Program-made: the position numbers and the translations under genes
The notes under the pieces: generated by a model
What the model was told of the DNA's origin: nothing
The model's input: only the letters and a program-made list of their open reading frames with translations
Databases searched by the model: none
Shown: positions 16,343 to 27,506 of the stretch, one piece after another
How the letters are laid out: each line of letters starts with the position of its first letter
How positions within the stretch are numbered: the first letter of the stretch is position 1
Origin: Candidatus Calidihabitans tengchongensis
GTDB lineage: Bacteria > Sysuimicrobiota > Sysuimicrobiia > Sysuimicrobiales > Kaftiobacteriaceae
Length of the DNA stretch: 64,000 bases
Assembly: GCA_031459615.1 (NCBI GenBank)
Contig: JAVKIE010000012.1
Location: 1,405 to 65,404 of the forward strand
Direction of reading: 5' to 3'

Positions 16343-17359
16343 TCACCGCTCGCCCAGCCCCATGGCCTTCTCCAGCCGGCGGCTGGCGGCCGAGAGGATC
16401 GAGGTGAAGGCGAAGTACACCACCAGCAGGAAGACGTACACCTCCTGCACGTCGTGGAGATACCGGGTGATGGCCAGCAGCGCCCGCCCGGTCCCCACCA
16501 GCTCGCTGAGGCCGATGATGACCGCCAGGGACGTGTCCTTGAACAGGCTGATGAACTGTCCCACCAGGGCGGGGATCATGTTCGTGATGGCCTGGGGGAG
16601 GACCACGGTGCGCATGGTCTGCCACCCGCTCAGCCCCAGGGCGCGGGCCGCCTCCACCTGTCCCCGGGATACCGACTGGATGCCTCCGCGGACGATCTCG
16701 GCCACGTAGGCCGAGGTGAACACGGTCATGGCCACCATGGCCCGCTGGACCCGGCTCAGGGCGTCCCCCGACACCAGGGTCACGAACACCGAAAACCACA
16801 GGAGGACGGTGATGAAGGGGACGCCGCGGATCACCTCGATGTACACCGTGGCCAGGGCGCGGACCACCGGCAGGCGGCTGACCCGACCGATACCGACCAC
16901 CACCCCGATGGGGAACGACGCCCCGATGGCCACCGCCGCCAGGAGCACGGTGAGGTACAGCCCCCCCACCTGGTCCAGCCGCACCGGCGACATCACCCAC
17001 CCCGCGCCCACCAGAACGCCGGCCCACGCCCCGGCCAGGCGCCGGCCGGCCACCCCCGCCCGCAGACCCAGGACGGTGAGCGCGGCCATGGCCACCACCA
17101 GGCCGCCCGCCCAGTAGGCGCGCCAGACCAGTTCCACGGGCATCAGCCCCACCAGCCAGAAGCGCAGGTTCTCGGTGACCACCGCCCAGTGGGCGCGGGC
17201 CGCCCACCGGGCCACCGAGGCCGCGGCGGCCAGGACGCCGGCGGCGGTGAGCACCGTCAGCAGGGAGTTGGCCACCCCGTCGAAGAGGTTGCGGCGGGCC
17301 CACTCCCGGACCGTCAGCCGCTCCGCCGGCGCAGCCAGGACATCGGCGCGCGTCGCCAC
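16343..17359 (-). CDS. amino-acid ABC transporter permease (AapM-like)
   Basis: 338 aa, multi-TM. EAARALGLSGWQTMRTVVLPQA is the EAA loop of polar amino-acid permeases. Confidence 0.88.
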   Translation of the reverse strand: MATRADVLAAPAERLTVREWARRNLFDGVANSLLTVLTAAGVLAAAASVARWAARAHWAVVTENLRFWLVGLMPVELVWRAYWAGGLVVAMAALTVLGLRAGVAGRRLAGAWAGVLVGAGWVMSPVRLDQVGGLYLTVLLAAVAIGASFPIGVVVGIGRVSRLPVVRALATVYIEVIRGVPFITVLLWFSVFVTLVSGDALSRVQRAMVAMTVFTSAYVAEIVRGGIQSVSRGQVEAARALGLSGWQTMRTVVLPQAITNMIPALVGQFISLFKDTSLAVIIGLSELVGTGRALLAITRYLHDVQEVYVFLLVVYFAFTSILSAASRRLEKAMGLGER

Positions 17360-17369
17360 GGACGGCTCC

Positions 17370-18416
17370 CTACAGGGTGCCCGGCAGCGCCAGCCGGGCC
17401 CGCACCAGGTTCAGCGCGGCGGCGATGCTCAGGGACAGGGCCAGGTAGGCCAGGGTCACCACGGTGAACGCCTCCAGGGAGCGGAACGACTGGCTGCTGA
17501 CCGTGTTGGCGGCGGTCAGCAGCTCGGCGTAGCCGATCCCGATGGCCAGACTGCTGTTCTTGGTCAGGTTCAGGAACTGGTTGCCCAGGGGCGGGATGAC
17601 GATGCGGAAGGCCTGGGGCAGGACCACGTGGCGCAGCGCCTGCCCGTAGGTGAGCCCCAGGCTGCGGGCCGCCTCCATCTGTCCCCGGGGCACCGCCAGG
17701 ATGCCGCCCCGCACGATCTCGCCGATGAACGCCGAGGTGTACACCGCCAGGCCGATGACCAGGGCGGCCAGTTCCGGAGGGAGCTGGTAGCCGCCGTCCA
17801 CCACCAGGCGTCCGAACCGCTCCACCACCTGCCCGCCCACCGCCAGCCCCGAGTTGGTCAGCGTCACCGGGCCCGCCCGCAGCGGCGGGCGGGCCGGCGA
17901 GCCGTCGGGCAGCTGCAGGAAGACGGCAAAGTACCAGAAAAACAGCTGGACCAGCAGCGGGGTGTTGCGCAGGGCTTCCACGTAGGCCAGGCTCAGCCGC
18001 GCGACCAGCCAGTTGCGGGACAGGCGGGCCACCCCCACCAGGACGCCCAGGGCCGTGGCCAGGACGATGCCCACCACCGCGACCTGCACGGTGTTGAACA
18101 GGCCGGCGATGATGGCCTCGGCGTTGCTGTCGGTGGGCTCGAAGGGCTTGAGATGCAGGGTCTGCAGGTCCAGGGTGACCGTGAGGGCGGACAGCTCAAA
18201 ACCGGCCGGCTGAGTGAAGACCCCCCAGTCCAGACGGATGTTCTGACGGGCGAAGCTGGCCCGCAGGGCGAGGGTGGCGGCCCACAGGCCTCCCGCCACG
18301 GCCGCGAGGACGACCACCTGGGCGGCCGCGGCCAGGATGCGGGCGTTCCGCCACGGGGGCGGGCCGGCCCGCCGCGAGGGGGGAGTTGCCTGTCTGTCCG
18401 GTGTGGGTTGCCGCAT
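17370..18416 (-). CDS. amino-acid ABC transporter permease (AapQ-like)
   Basis: 348 aa. EAARSLGLTYGQALRHVVLPQA EAA loop, with the long N-terminal periplasmic segment typical of AapQ. Confidence 0.88.
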   Translation of the reverse strand: MRQPTPDRQATPPSRRAGPPPWRNARILAAAAQVVVLAAVAGGLWAATLALRASFARQNIRLDWGVFTQPAGFELSALTVTLDLQTLHLKPFEPTDSNAEAIIAGLFNTVQVAVVGIVLATALGVLVGVARLSRNWLVARLSLAYVEALRNTPLLVQLFFWYFAVFLQLPDGSPARPPLRAGPVTLTNSGLAVGGQVVERFGRLVVDGGYQLPPELAALVIGLAVYTSAFIGEIVRGGILAVPRGQMEAARSLGLTYGQALRHVVLPQAFRIVIPPLGNQFLNLTKNSSLAIGIGYAELLTAANTVSSQSFRSLEAFTVVTLAYLALSLSIAAALNLVRARLALPGTL

Positions 18417-18426
18417 ACCTGGATCC

Positions 18427-18636
18427 GGTAGCGGGCGGGCTCCGGCCTGCTGGAGCCCGCCCGCCTCATCGGCCCCTCACCCTGCCCTCTCCCCACCGGG
18501 GAGAAGGGAACAGGGTAGGCCGCTACCGCGGCCTTGACATGCGGAGCGCTCCGCCTTCGATCGTAACTCCTCCCCCTCACCCTGCCCTCTCCCCACCCGG
18601 GAGAGGGGAATAAGGTAGGCCGCTACCGCGGCCTTT
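18427..18636. repeat. structured inter-cistronic spacer: perfect 13-bp hairpin plus two copies of a REP-like unit of about 63 nt
   Basis: Hairpin gcgggcgggctcc-N8-ggagcccgcccgc at 18431-18464. The unit cccctcaccctgccctctccccaccggggagaagggaacagggtaggccgctaccgcggcctt at 18473-18535 repeats at 18573-18636, exactly 100 nt later. Each unit contains its own CCCTCTCCCC/GGGGAGARGGG hairpin. Confidence 0.85.
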
Positions 18637-19645
18637 ACCTAAAGGGGCGGCTGGTCATGGCCCCGCCCCGGCTGGCCAGGTCGTTGCGGGTCCCCGCGCG
18701 GGTGATGGCCGTCTTCTGGCGGGGACCAAAGTAGCGGTCGTAGATCTCCCCGTAGTTGCCCACCAGCCGCAGGACCCGCAGCATCGCCCCGCCCTTCGCC
18801 TCCAGGAAGTTCTTGGCCACCGGGTCGCGGCCCGACAGCTCGGCCAGCCGGGCGGCGTCGCGGGCGACGGCCTGGGTGATGCCCAGTTCCTCGCCCAGAA
18901 TCACGCCCCAGACGGTCCAGTTCACCACGTCGGCCCACTTGGAGTCGTTCTCCTGGTACATGGGGGCCAGCGGCTCGTCGCTGAACTCTTTGCCCACGAT
19001 CTTGAAGTCCGCCGGGTTGGGGGCCGTCGACCGGAAGGCCGTCAGCTGGCTCGCGTCGGTGGTGAACACGTCGCACCGGCCCGCCACCAGACCGTCAAAC
19101 GCCTGCTTGGCCTCGGCAAAGGTGATGAGCTGGAACCGGAACCCCCGCTGGCGCATCTGGTCCGTGATGTTCCGCTCGCTGGTGGTACCCGAGTGGACGC
19201 AGATCCGGGCGCCGTTGAGGTCGTCCAGCCCGGCGATCCGCGAAGCGGCGCGCACCAGCAGCCGCTGGCCGTCGTAGAAGGTCACGGGTCCGAAGTCCAC
19301 CTGGTCGTCCCGGCTGATGGTGACGGTGGTGGTGCGGAACACCACGTCCACCGCGCCGGACACCACGGCCGGAATGCGGTTGGCCGAGGTGAGGTTGACG
19401 AACTCCACATCGGGGACGTCCACAAACGCGGCCACGGCCCAGCAGAAGTCGGCGTCGAATCCCACCATGCGGCCGGAGACCGGATCCGGGAACGAGAACC
19501 CGGGGGTGGCGCCGGAGACGCCGCAGATCAGCTTGCCCCGGGCGCGGACCATGTCCACCCGGGTGCGGGGCTGGGCCAGCGCCGTGTACGAGACCGCGGC
19601 CACCGTGAGGGCCACGGCCAGCAGATAGGCCACACCTCTGCGCAC
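18635..19645 (-). CDS. amino-acid ABC transporter substrate-binding protein (AapJ-like)
   Basis: GTG at 19643-19645 (V162 of the 497-aa track ORF) lies 5 nt after GGAGGTGG. Signal-like VRRGVAYLLAVALTVAAVSYTALAQP. The mature part (GKLICGVSGATPGFSF...FDADFC...TTDASQL) fits family-3 SBPs. Confidence 0.85.
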   Translation of the reverse strand: MRRGVAYLLAVALTVAAVSYTALAQPRTRVDMVRARGKLICGVSGATPGFSFPDPVSGRMVGFDADFCWAVAAFVDVPDVEFVNLTSANRIPAVVSGAVDVVFRTTTVTISRDDQVDFGPVTFYDGQRLLVRAASRIAGLDDLNGARICVHSGTTSERNITDQMRQRGFRFQLITFAEAKQAFDGLVAGRCDVFTTDASQLTAFRSTAPNPADFKIVGKEFSDEPLAPMYQENDSKWADVVNWTVWGVILGEELGITQAVARDAARLAELSGRDPVAKNFLEAKGGAMLRVLRLVGNYGEIYDRYFGPRQKTAITRAGTRNDLASRGGAMTSRPFR

Positions 19646-19776
19646 GCTTCCACCTCCCCGTAGGTCGCCGGAACGCCGCACCGGACCCTGCGCGGATGTG
19701 GCCGACCTCACCCGATCCGGCCCCGGCGCCCTGCGGCTACTTTCCACGCCGCGCGGCCGTCCCCCTGTGGAGCCCG

Positions 19777-20265
19777 CTACGGTCGGGGCGGGCCGGACCG
19801 CCGGACGACGAGCAGGCCCGCGGCTCCGCCGGCGACCGCCACGGCGGCCAGGATCCGGGCCCAGCGCTCCGCCGCCCCGGGGGCGAGGCCCGCCGCCGTG
19901 CCCAGGGGCGGCCCCAGGACGAGGACCCCCGCAACGGCCGCCGCGGCCGAGACCACCACCACCGCGGCGGCGGCCACGTCTTTGGCCACCCGGGCCAGCT
20001 CGTGGCGGTTGCGCTGCACGAGCAGGTCCACCACCACCTCCAGGGCCGTGTTGAGCAGCTCCGCGGCCAGGACGGCCGCCATCGCCAGGACCACCACGGC
20101 GGCCTGCAGCGACGGCAGGCGCAGCCACGCCGCCACGACCGTCACGGCGGCGGCCAGGACCAGCTGTACGCGGAACGTGCGCTGGGTGGCCACGGCGTGG
20201 CGCAGCCCGTCCCAGGCGTGGGCGAAGGCCTGGCGCAGGGTGCGCCGGGACGCCGGCTCCCTCAC
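19777..20265 (-). CDS. dgkA: diacylglycerol/undecaprenol kinase (DgkA family)
   Basis: AFAHAWDGLRHAVATQRTFRVQL...AELLNTALEVVVD are DgkA motifs. The GTG start overlaps the ybeY stop as GTGA. A C-terminal hydrophobic extension is present. Confidence 0.8.
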   Translation of the reverse strand: MREPASRRTLRQAFAHAWDGLRHAVATQRTFRVQLVLAAAVTVVAAWLRLPSLQAAVVVLAMAAVLAAELLNTALEVVVDLLVQRNRHELARVAKDVAAAAVVVVSAAAAVAGVLVLGPPLGTAAGLAPGAAERWARILAAVAVAGGAAGLLVVRRSGPPRP

Positions 20266-20699
20266 CCCCGCACCTCGATGCCGATCTCCCGCAGGAGCCG
20301 GCGCTGGAGGCGGTCCATCCGCGCGGCGTCGGTCCGGCGGCGGTCGTCGTACCCCAGCAGGTGCAGCACCCCGTGGGCGGCCAGCAGGGCCAGTTCCGCC
20401 GCGGGAGGATGCCCCGCCCGGCGCGCCTGCGCGCGGGCCCGGTCCACCGAGATCACCACCTCCCCCAGCCACCGGACCCCGCGGGAAGGTCCGGGTTCCG
20501 CGCCGCCGGGAAACGACAGGACGTCGGTGGCCCTGTCTGCCCCCAGGTACCGGCGGTGCAGGCGGCGGATCTCCCGGTCCCCGACCAGGGCCACGTCCAC
20601 CCGCACTCCCGGAGGATGCCGGCGGCGGCCGAGCACATGGCGCACCACCCGGCGGACCAGGCGCACCCACCGGGGCGACACCGTGACCCGGGCGACCAC
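20262..20699 (-). CDS. ybeY: rRNA maturation endoribonuclease YbeY
   Basis: TDVLSFP and the HGVLHLLGYDD zinc motif. The start is uncertain. GTG at 20699 gives 145 aa with canonical spacing to TDVLSFP; alternative in-frame GTGs are at 20783 and 20789. Confidence 0.8.
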   Translation of the reverse strand: MVARVTVSPRWVRLVRRVVRHVLGRRRHPPGVRVDVALVGDREIRRLHRRYLGADRATDVLSFPGGAEPGPSRGVRWLGEVVISVDRARAQARRAGHPPAAELALLAAHGVLHLLGYDDRRRTDAARMDRLQRRLLREIGIEVRG

Positions 20700-20869
20700 C
20701 CCGACCGTGGCGGAGCGGCGAGGCCGACCGGCCGGTGCCCTCCCGTCCCGCCGTGACCTGCGCGATCGTCGGGAACCCCGCACCTGCACGTTCTGTCCCC
20801 CCGCGCACTCCTGTGGGGGTGGCGCCGGAGCGGCGCGCGATGCCCGCCTGCACCCCGGACCGCGCGCTC

Positions 20870-23017
20870 TCAGCGCACCGACGCCGGCCGGTCCCGGGCG
20901 CCCGTCCGGAGGTCGCGCTCGAGCTCCGGATACTCCACCCGGGGGTGGAACATGGTGGCCAGCAGGCGGACGAACACCCGGGCGATGGCGTCCAGGTCCC
21001 GGAAGGTGAGGTCGCACTGGTCCAGCTGGCCGTCGTCCAGCTTCTCCCGGATGATGCGCCGGACCGTCTGCTCGATGCGGTCGGGCGTGGGGCGGGTCAG
21101 CGCCCGGGTGGCGCCTTCCACCGCGTCGGCCAGCATCACGATGGCGGTCTCGCGGGTCTGGGGCTTGGGACCGTCGTACCGGAAGACGTCTTCGGAGACC
21201 GAATCACCCCTCTGCACCGCCTGGTGGTAGAAGTATGCCATCAGGTTGGTCCCGTGGTGCTGGGCGATGAAGTCGGCCACCTGGGAGGGCAGCCGGTACT
21301 CCCGGGCGTACTCCAGCCCGTCCCGCACGTGGGACAGGACCGTGAGCGCCGACAGGCTGGGGGTCATGCGGTCGTGGGGGTTGTCCAGGCCCGCCTGGTT
21401 CTCGACGAAGAACGCCGGGCGGCGGATCTTGCCCACGTCGTGGTAGTACGCCCCCACCCGCACCAGCAGGCTGTCGGCCCCCACCGCTTCGGCGGCCGCC
21501 TCCGCCAGGTTGGCGACGATCAGGCTGTGGTGGTAGGTCCCCGGCGCCTCGACCTGCAGCCGGCGCAGCAGGGGGTGGCTGGGGTTGCTCAGTTCCAGCA
21601 GCTTGATGGGTGTGACCAGGCCGAACAGGTGCTCCAGATACGGCAGGGTGCCGATGGTGATGATGCCCGCCAGGACCCCATGCCCCAGGGCGTGGGCCAT
21701 CTCGGCGACCATGTCGGGGTACCACGGCAGCTGGTCACCCAGGGTCAGGGCGGCCGCCACCAGGGCGCTGGCGACTCCCATCCACACGCCGGCCACCACG
21801 AGGTCGGTACGGTGGCTGATCCGCTTGAGGGCGTAGACCCCGGCGGTGGAGCCCACGAAGGTGACCACGCCCAGGCGTACGTCGCCCCCGGCCACGGTGG
21901 ACACCAGCAGGGCGATGACCGCCGCGGTGTACAGGGCCAGGCGCGGCCGCAGGAGGACGGCGATGAGCATGACGCCCGCACCGGTGGGGATGAGGTAGGG
22001 ATTCACCCGGCCGATCAGCAGGCGCGCCATGGCCACCGTCAGGGCCACGGCCAGGCTCCACACCAGGAGCAGGCGGTCCTGGGCCCAGATGTCGGGCTGG
22101 AACTGGCGGATGTAGGCGCCGCTGACCACCAGCAGCAGGAGCACCATCAGGGCCGCCCCCACCGGACGCTGCCACGACAGGGGCGCCCGCACCAGGCCCA
22201 GCGCGGTCAGCTTCTGCATGTGGGCCTCGGTCACCACCTCGCCCCGGCGGACCACCACCTCCCCCCGGAGGATGCGGGTGGTCACCGGGACGACCTCCTC
22301 CATGGCCCGGCGGCGCAGCGCCTGGGTGGCGGCCAGGTCCACGGTGAGGCTGGGCTGCAGGGCTGCCAGCGCCACGGAGCTGGCCAGGGTCATGGTGCGC
22401 CCGGCGATGGGCACCGCCCGGATGGCGGACCGCACCTGGTCCTGGGCCCGCGGGAGGTCCTCCGGCCGCACCCCCTCCTCCATCACCCGCGCCACCGCCT
22501 GCTCGGCGGTGGCGCGGGCCACCGCCAGCGAGGGGGCGTCCAGGGTGAGGGCGGCCAGGACCGCGGGATCGTCCAGGGAGACCGGCGCCTGCTGCCGCAG
22601 CATCGCAGCCCGCTCGGCGAAACTGAGGCCGCCGACGCCGCGGGCCCGGTCGATGGCGGCAAACGTCCGGGCGATCGTCTCCCGGGCCCTGTCGGTCGCC
22701 TCGGGCGACAGGCGCGTCACCGGCCGGATCGCCGCCGCCGCCTCCCGGCGCAGGGCCTCGGTCCGGACGCGGTCCACGAACTCGACGCTGCGGGGAGCCT
22801 CCACATCCCGGGGGCTGACCTGCCCCACCCGCAGTTCCAGCCGGGGGGCCAGGTACTGGAGCCCGGTGGCCAGCGCCAGGGCCACGAAGGTCGCCGCGCC
22901 GATGACAGTCTTCCGCAACGGCGCCCGCGCCTCGCGCCAGGCCCTGCGCAGCCCCCGGGCGGTCGGAGTGATGGCCATAGAGGAGGCCGCCCCCACGGCG
23001 GGGGGCCACTGGTGCAT
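20870..23017 (-). CDS. pgpH: 7TM-receptor/HD-domain protein (PgpH/YqfF family, cyclic-di-AMP phosphodiesterase type)
   Basis: N-terminal extracellular region, a 7-TM block, and a C-terminal HD domain (HHSLIVANLAEAAA...YYHDVGK...HHGTNLMAYFY). ATG at 23017 (M228 of the track ORF); an alternative ATG is at 22978. Confidence 0.85.
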   Translation of the reverse strand: MHQWPPAVGAASSMAITPTARGLRRAWREARAPLRKTVIGAATFVALALATGLQYLAPRLELRVGQVSPRDVEAPRSVEFVDRVRTEALRREAAAAIRPVTRLSPEATDRARETIARTFAAIDRARGVGGLSFAERAAMLRQQAPVSLDDPAVLAALTLDAPSLAVARATAEQAVARVMEEGVRPEDLPRAQDQVRSAIRAVPIAGRTMTLASSVALAALQPSLTVDLAATQALRRRAMEEVVPVTTRILRGEVVVRRGEVVTEAHMQKLTALGLVRAPLSWQRPVGAALMVLLLLVVSGAYIRQFQPDIWAQDRLLLVWSLAVALTVAMARLLIGRVNPYLIPTGAGVMLIAVLLRPRLALYTAAVIALLVSTVAGGDVRLGVVTFVGSTAGVYALKRISHRTDLVVAGVWMGVASALVAAALTLGDQLPWYPDMVAEMAHALGHGVLAGIITIGTLPYLEHLFGLVTPIKLLELSNPSHPLLRRLQVEAPGTYHHSLIVANLAEAAAEAVGADSLLVRVGAYYHDVGKIRRPAFFVENQAGLDNPHDRMTPSLSALTVLSHVRDGLEYAREYRLPSQVADFIAQHHGTNLMAYFYHQAVQRGDSVSEDVFRYDGPKPQTRETAIVMLADAVEGATRALTRPTPDRIEQTVRRIIREKLDDGQLDQCDLTFRDLDAIARVFVRLLATMFHPRVEYPELERDLRTGARDRPASVR

Positions 23018-23070
23018 TTTACCCCGGCCGCCACCCGCCCCTGCCTGACGGCGTCCCCCCTCGGGGGCCG

Positions 23071-23550
23071 TCAGGAGGGGACCAGGGCCCGCAGCCGGCG
23101 CAGGACCTCCCCGACGACCCCGCGGGAGCGGGGCACCACCAGGATCGTATCCTCCCCGGCCACCGTGCCCGCCACCTCGGGCCAGCGCACGTCGTCGATC
23201 GCCTGGGCCACCGGGGCCGCCCCTCCGGGAACGGTCTTGACAAGGATCAGGTCCATCGCCCGCTCCACCGAGGTGGCGAACTCGGCGCAGACTCCCCGCA
23301 GCCGGTCCAGGGTGCCCGGCGGGACAGGCGTGTCCGTCGGCAGGGCGTAGCGGTAGTGTCCTTCCGGGGTGGCCACCTTCACCAGGCCCAGGCGCTTGAT
23401 GTCCCGGCTCACCGTGGCCTGGGTGACGCGGATTCCCCGGAGGCGGAGGGCGTGGACCAGCTCCTGCTGGGTCCGGACCTCCTGGGTGCGGACGATCTCC
23501 CGGATCCGGGCGGCGCGCACCGCGGCCGTCCCTGCCCCGGGCGAGCTCAC
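23071..23550 (-). CDS. argR: arginine repressor ArgR/AhrC
   Basis: RIREIVRTQEVRTQQELVHALRLRGIRVTQATVSRDIKRLGLVKV (winged helix) and a C-terminal oligomerisation domain (GTVAGEDTILVV). GTG at 23550 overlaps the argH stop as GTGA; an alternative GTG is at 23520. Confidence 0.88.
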   Translation of the reverse strand: MSSPGAGTAAVRAARIREIVRTQEVRTQQELVHALRLRGIRVTQATVSRDIKRLGLVKVATPEGHYRYALPTDTPVPPGTLDRLRGVCAEFATSVERAMDLILVKTVPGGAAPVAQAIDDVRWPEVAGTVAGEDTILVVPRSRGVVGEVLRRLRALVPS

Positions 23551-25004
23551 GCGGGCGGAGCGGATGGCGCGCCGAGCGCGGCCGCGCGCTCGAGCGTCCG
23601 GCGGGCCCCCTCGATCCACCGGCGCACCTCCTCCAGGCGCTGGCGGGCCTCGTCCAGCTGGGCGCGCACCGACGCCCTGGCCGTCCCCCCGGGAACATTC
23701 TTGGCCTCCACAGCGGCCAGGGGCCGGACCGCGTCCAGGATGTCCCGGTCGCACAGGTGGCTGTGGGACCGGTACACCTCCAGGGGGAGATCCCACAGGG
23801 CGCACCCCCGCTCCAGCGCCTCCCGGACCAGGCGGCCGGCCACCTGGTGCGCCTCCCGAAACGGCATCCCCCGGCGCGCCAGATAGTCGGCCACCTCGGT
23901 GGCGGTGAGGACTCCCCCCTGGAGGGCCGCTTCCATGCGGGACGGCACGAACTCCACGCCTTCCAGGAACACCTGCAGCGCCCGCACCGACGCGGCGGCC
24001 AGGTCCAGCGCTTCCATGGTCAGGGCCTTGTCTTCCTGCAGGTCGCGCTGGTAGCCGGGCGGCAGTCCCTTCAGCGCGGCCAGCAGCCCCACCGCGCACC
24101 CGATCACCCGCCCGGCGCGCCCGCGGATCAGCTCGGCCACGTCCGGGTTCTTCTTGTGCGGCATCAGGCTGCTGCCGGTGGCCACCCGATCGGCCAGGGC
24201 CACGAACCCGAACTCCTCGGTGGACCACAGGACGAGCTCTTCGGCCCACCGGGACAGGTGCACCATCAGCAGCGCCGCGTCGGCCGCCACCTCCACCGCG
24301 AAGTCCCTGTCGCCGGTGGCGTCCACGCTGTTGGGGCTGATCCGGGCGAACCCCAGCAGACCCGCCACGAGGGCGCGGTCGACCGGAAAGGATACCCCCA
24401 CCGCCGCGCCCGATCCCAGGGGCAGGACGTCGGCGCGGCGGTAGCAGTCCATCAGGCGGTCGGCATCCCGGTCCAGCGTCCACAGGTACGCCAGCAGGTG
24501 GTGCGCCAGGCGCACCGGCTGGGCGCGCTGGAGGTGGGTGTACGCGGGCAGCAGGACGTCCAGGGCGGAGGCGGCCCGGTCCGCCACGGCCGCCATCAGG
24601 GCGGCCACCGCGTCCACCAGCCGCACGATCTGCTCCCGGACGTACAGCCGGAAGGCGGTGGCCACCTGATCGTTGCGGCTGCGGGCGGTGTGCAGGCGGC
24701 CGGCCACCGGCCCCAGGCGGCGGTAGAGGACGGCCTCCACGAAGGTGTGGACGTCCTCGTAGGGTCCCTCGACCGCCAGACGGCCGGCCCGGACGTCGGC
24801 CAGCAGGGTCCGCAGCCCCTCCACCAATGCGGCGGCGTCGGAGGCGGGGATGATGCCGGTCTCTCCCAGCATCCGGGCGTGGGCGATGCTGGCGACCACG
24901 TCCCACGGCAGGAGCCGCCGGTCCACGTCGAAGGACGCGGTGTACTGCAGCAGGGCCGGGTCCAGGTCCTCGGCAAACCGCCCGCCCCACATGCGGTGAT
25001 CCAT
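23547..25004 (-). CDS. argH: argininosuccinate lyase
   Basis: [36 protein letters not shown] and [12 protein letters not shown] are signature motifs. Confidence 0.95.
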   Translation of the reverse strand: MDHRMWGGRFAEDLDPALLQYTASFDVDRRLLPWDVVASIAHARMLGETGIIPASDAAALVEGLRTLLADVRAGRLAVEGPYEDVHTFVEAVLYRRLGPVAGRLHTARSRNDQVATAFRLYVREQIVRLVDAVAALMAAVADRAASALDVLLPAYTHLQRAQPVRLAHHLLAYLWTLDRDADRLMDCYRRADVLPLGSGAAVGVSFPVDRALVAGLLGFARISPNSVDATGDRDFAVEVAADAALLMVHLSRWAEELVLWSTEEFGFVALADRVATGSSLMPHKKNPDVAELIRGRAGRVIGCAVGLLAALKGLPPGYQRDLQEDKALTMEALDLAAASVRALQVFLEGVEFVPSRMEAALQGGVLTATEVADYLARRGMPFREAHQVAGRLVREALERGCALWDLPLEVYRSHSHLCDRDILDAVRPLAAVEAKNVPGGTARASVRAQLDEARQRLEEVRRWIEGARRTLERAAALGAPSAPPA

Positions 25005-25019
25005 CTCGATCTGCGCAAT

Positions 25020-26278
<1,259 letters not shown>

Positions 26279-26282
<4 letters not shown>

Positions 26283-27499
26283 GAGGGTCCCTCCTCATCC
26301 TTCGGGCCGGCGGCCGCCGCCGCCAGGGCCGCGTCCAGGATCTCGATGGCTTCGTCCACATCCGCCTCGCCGATGATCAGCGGGGGGGCCAGGCGCAGGA
26401 CGGTGGGCTGCACCGCGTTGACCAGCAGGCCTCTGTCCCGGCAGGCGTCCACCACGGGCGCCGCCTCGGTGGCCAGCTCCACCGCCACCAGCAGGCCCAG
26501 ACCCCGCACGTCGGTGATGACCGGGTGCCGGCGGGCCAGCGCGCGCAGCCGCTCGGCCAGGTAGTCCCCGACCCGGGCGGCCCGCCCCACCAGGTCCTCC
26601 TCGTCCAGGGTCCGGGCCACCGCCAGGGCGGCGGCGCAGGCCAGGGGGTTGCCTCCGAACGTCGACCCGTGATCGCCCGGCGCCAGGGCCTCGGCCGCCC
26701 GCCCGCGGGCCAGCACCGCGCCGATCGGCACGCCGCCGCCCAGCCCCTTGGCCAGCGTCACCACGTCGGGCGTCACCCCGAAGTGCTGGTAGGCAAACAG
26801 GCGCCCGGTGCGGCCCATCCCGGTCTGCACCTCGTCCAGGATCAGCAGCAGCCCGTGGTCGTCGCACAGCCGCCGCGCCTCCGCCAGGTACTCCCGCGTC
26901 GCCGGGTGTATCCCGCCTTCGCCCTGCACCGGCTCCAGCATCACCGCGCACGTGGCGGGCGTCACCGCCGCCCGCAGGGCCGGGACGTCGTTGAAGGGCA
27001 CCGAGACGAACCCCGCCGGCAGCGGCTCGAACCCCTGGCGGTAGCGGGCCTGGCCCGTGGCCGCCAGCGCGCCCAGGGTCCGGCCGTGAAACGCCCTCTC
27101 GGCCACGATGACTTCGAACCGCCGTCCTCCGTCGGCGCGCCCCACCTTGCGGGCGATCTTGATGGCCGCCTCCACGGCCTCGGCGCCGCTGTTGCAGAAA
27201 AACACCCGCTCGGCCACCGAGTGCTCCACCAGCCAGCGGGCCAGGTCCACCTGCTCGGGAATGTGGTAGAGGTTGCTCACGTGCAAAAGGCGGCCGGCCT
27301 GGGCGCAGATGGCCCGGGTCAGGGCCGGGTGGTTGTGCCCCAGGGCGCACACGGCAATGCCGGCCACGAAATCCAGATAGGTGCGCCCGTCCACCCCGAC
27401 CAGGCGCGCGCCCTCCCCGGACCGGAAGGCGACCGGCGCGCGCCGGTAGGTGCGCATCAGGTAGCGGTCGCTGAGCTCGATCAGGGTGCGGATGTCCAC
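26279..27499 (-). CDS. argD: acetylornithine aminotransferase
   Basis: Class-III aminotransferase motifs FCNSGAEAVEAAIKIARK, LILDEVQTGMGRTG and the PLP-Lys region TLAKGLGGG. Confidence 0.92.
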
Positions 27500-27506
27500 G
27501 GCGGCC

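Noticed and set aside
18013-18613. Short ORFs across the aapJ-aapQ spacer (for example 18274-18537 and 18386-18613)
   Set aside because: They are translations of the REP-like units (PHPALSPPGRGE repeated). There is no SD and they overlap structured repeats.
20700-20869. Possible extra small gene or PhoH remnant between pgpH and ybeY
   Set aside because: The only in-frame reading is the N-terminal extension of the ybeY ORF, with Arg/Ser/Gly-rich low-complexity sequence. No PhoH motifs are present. The uncertainty is captured as alternative ybeY starts.
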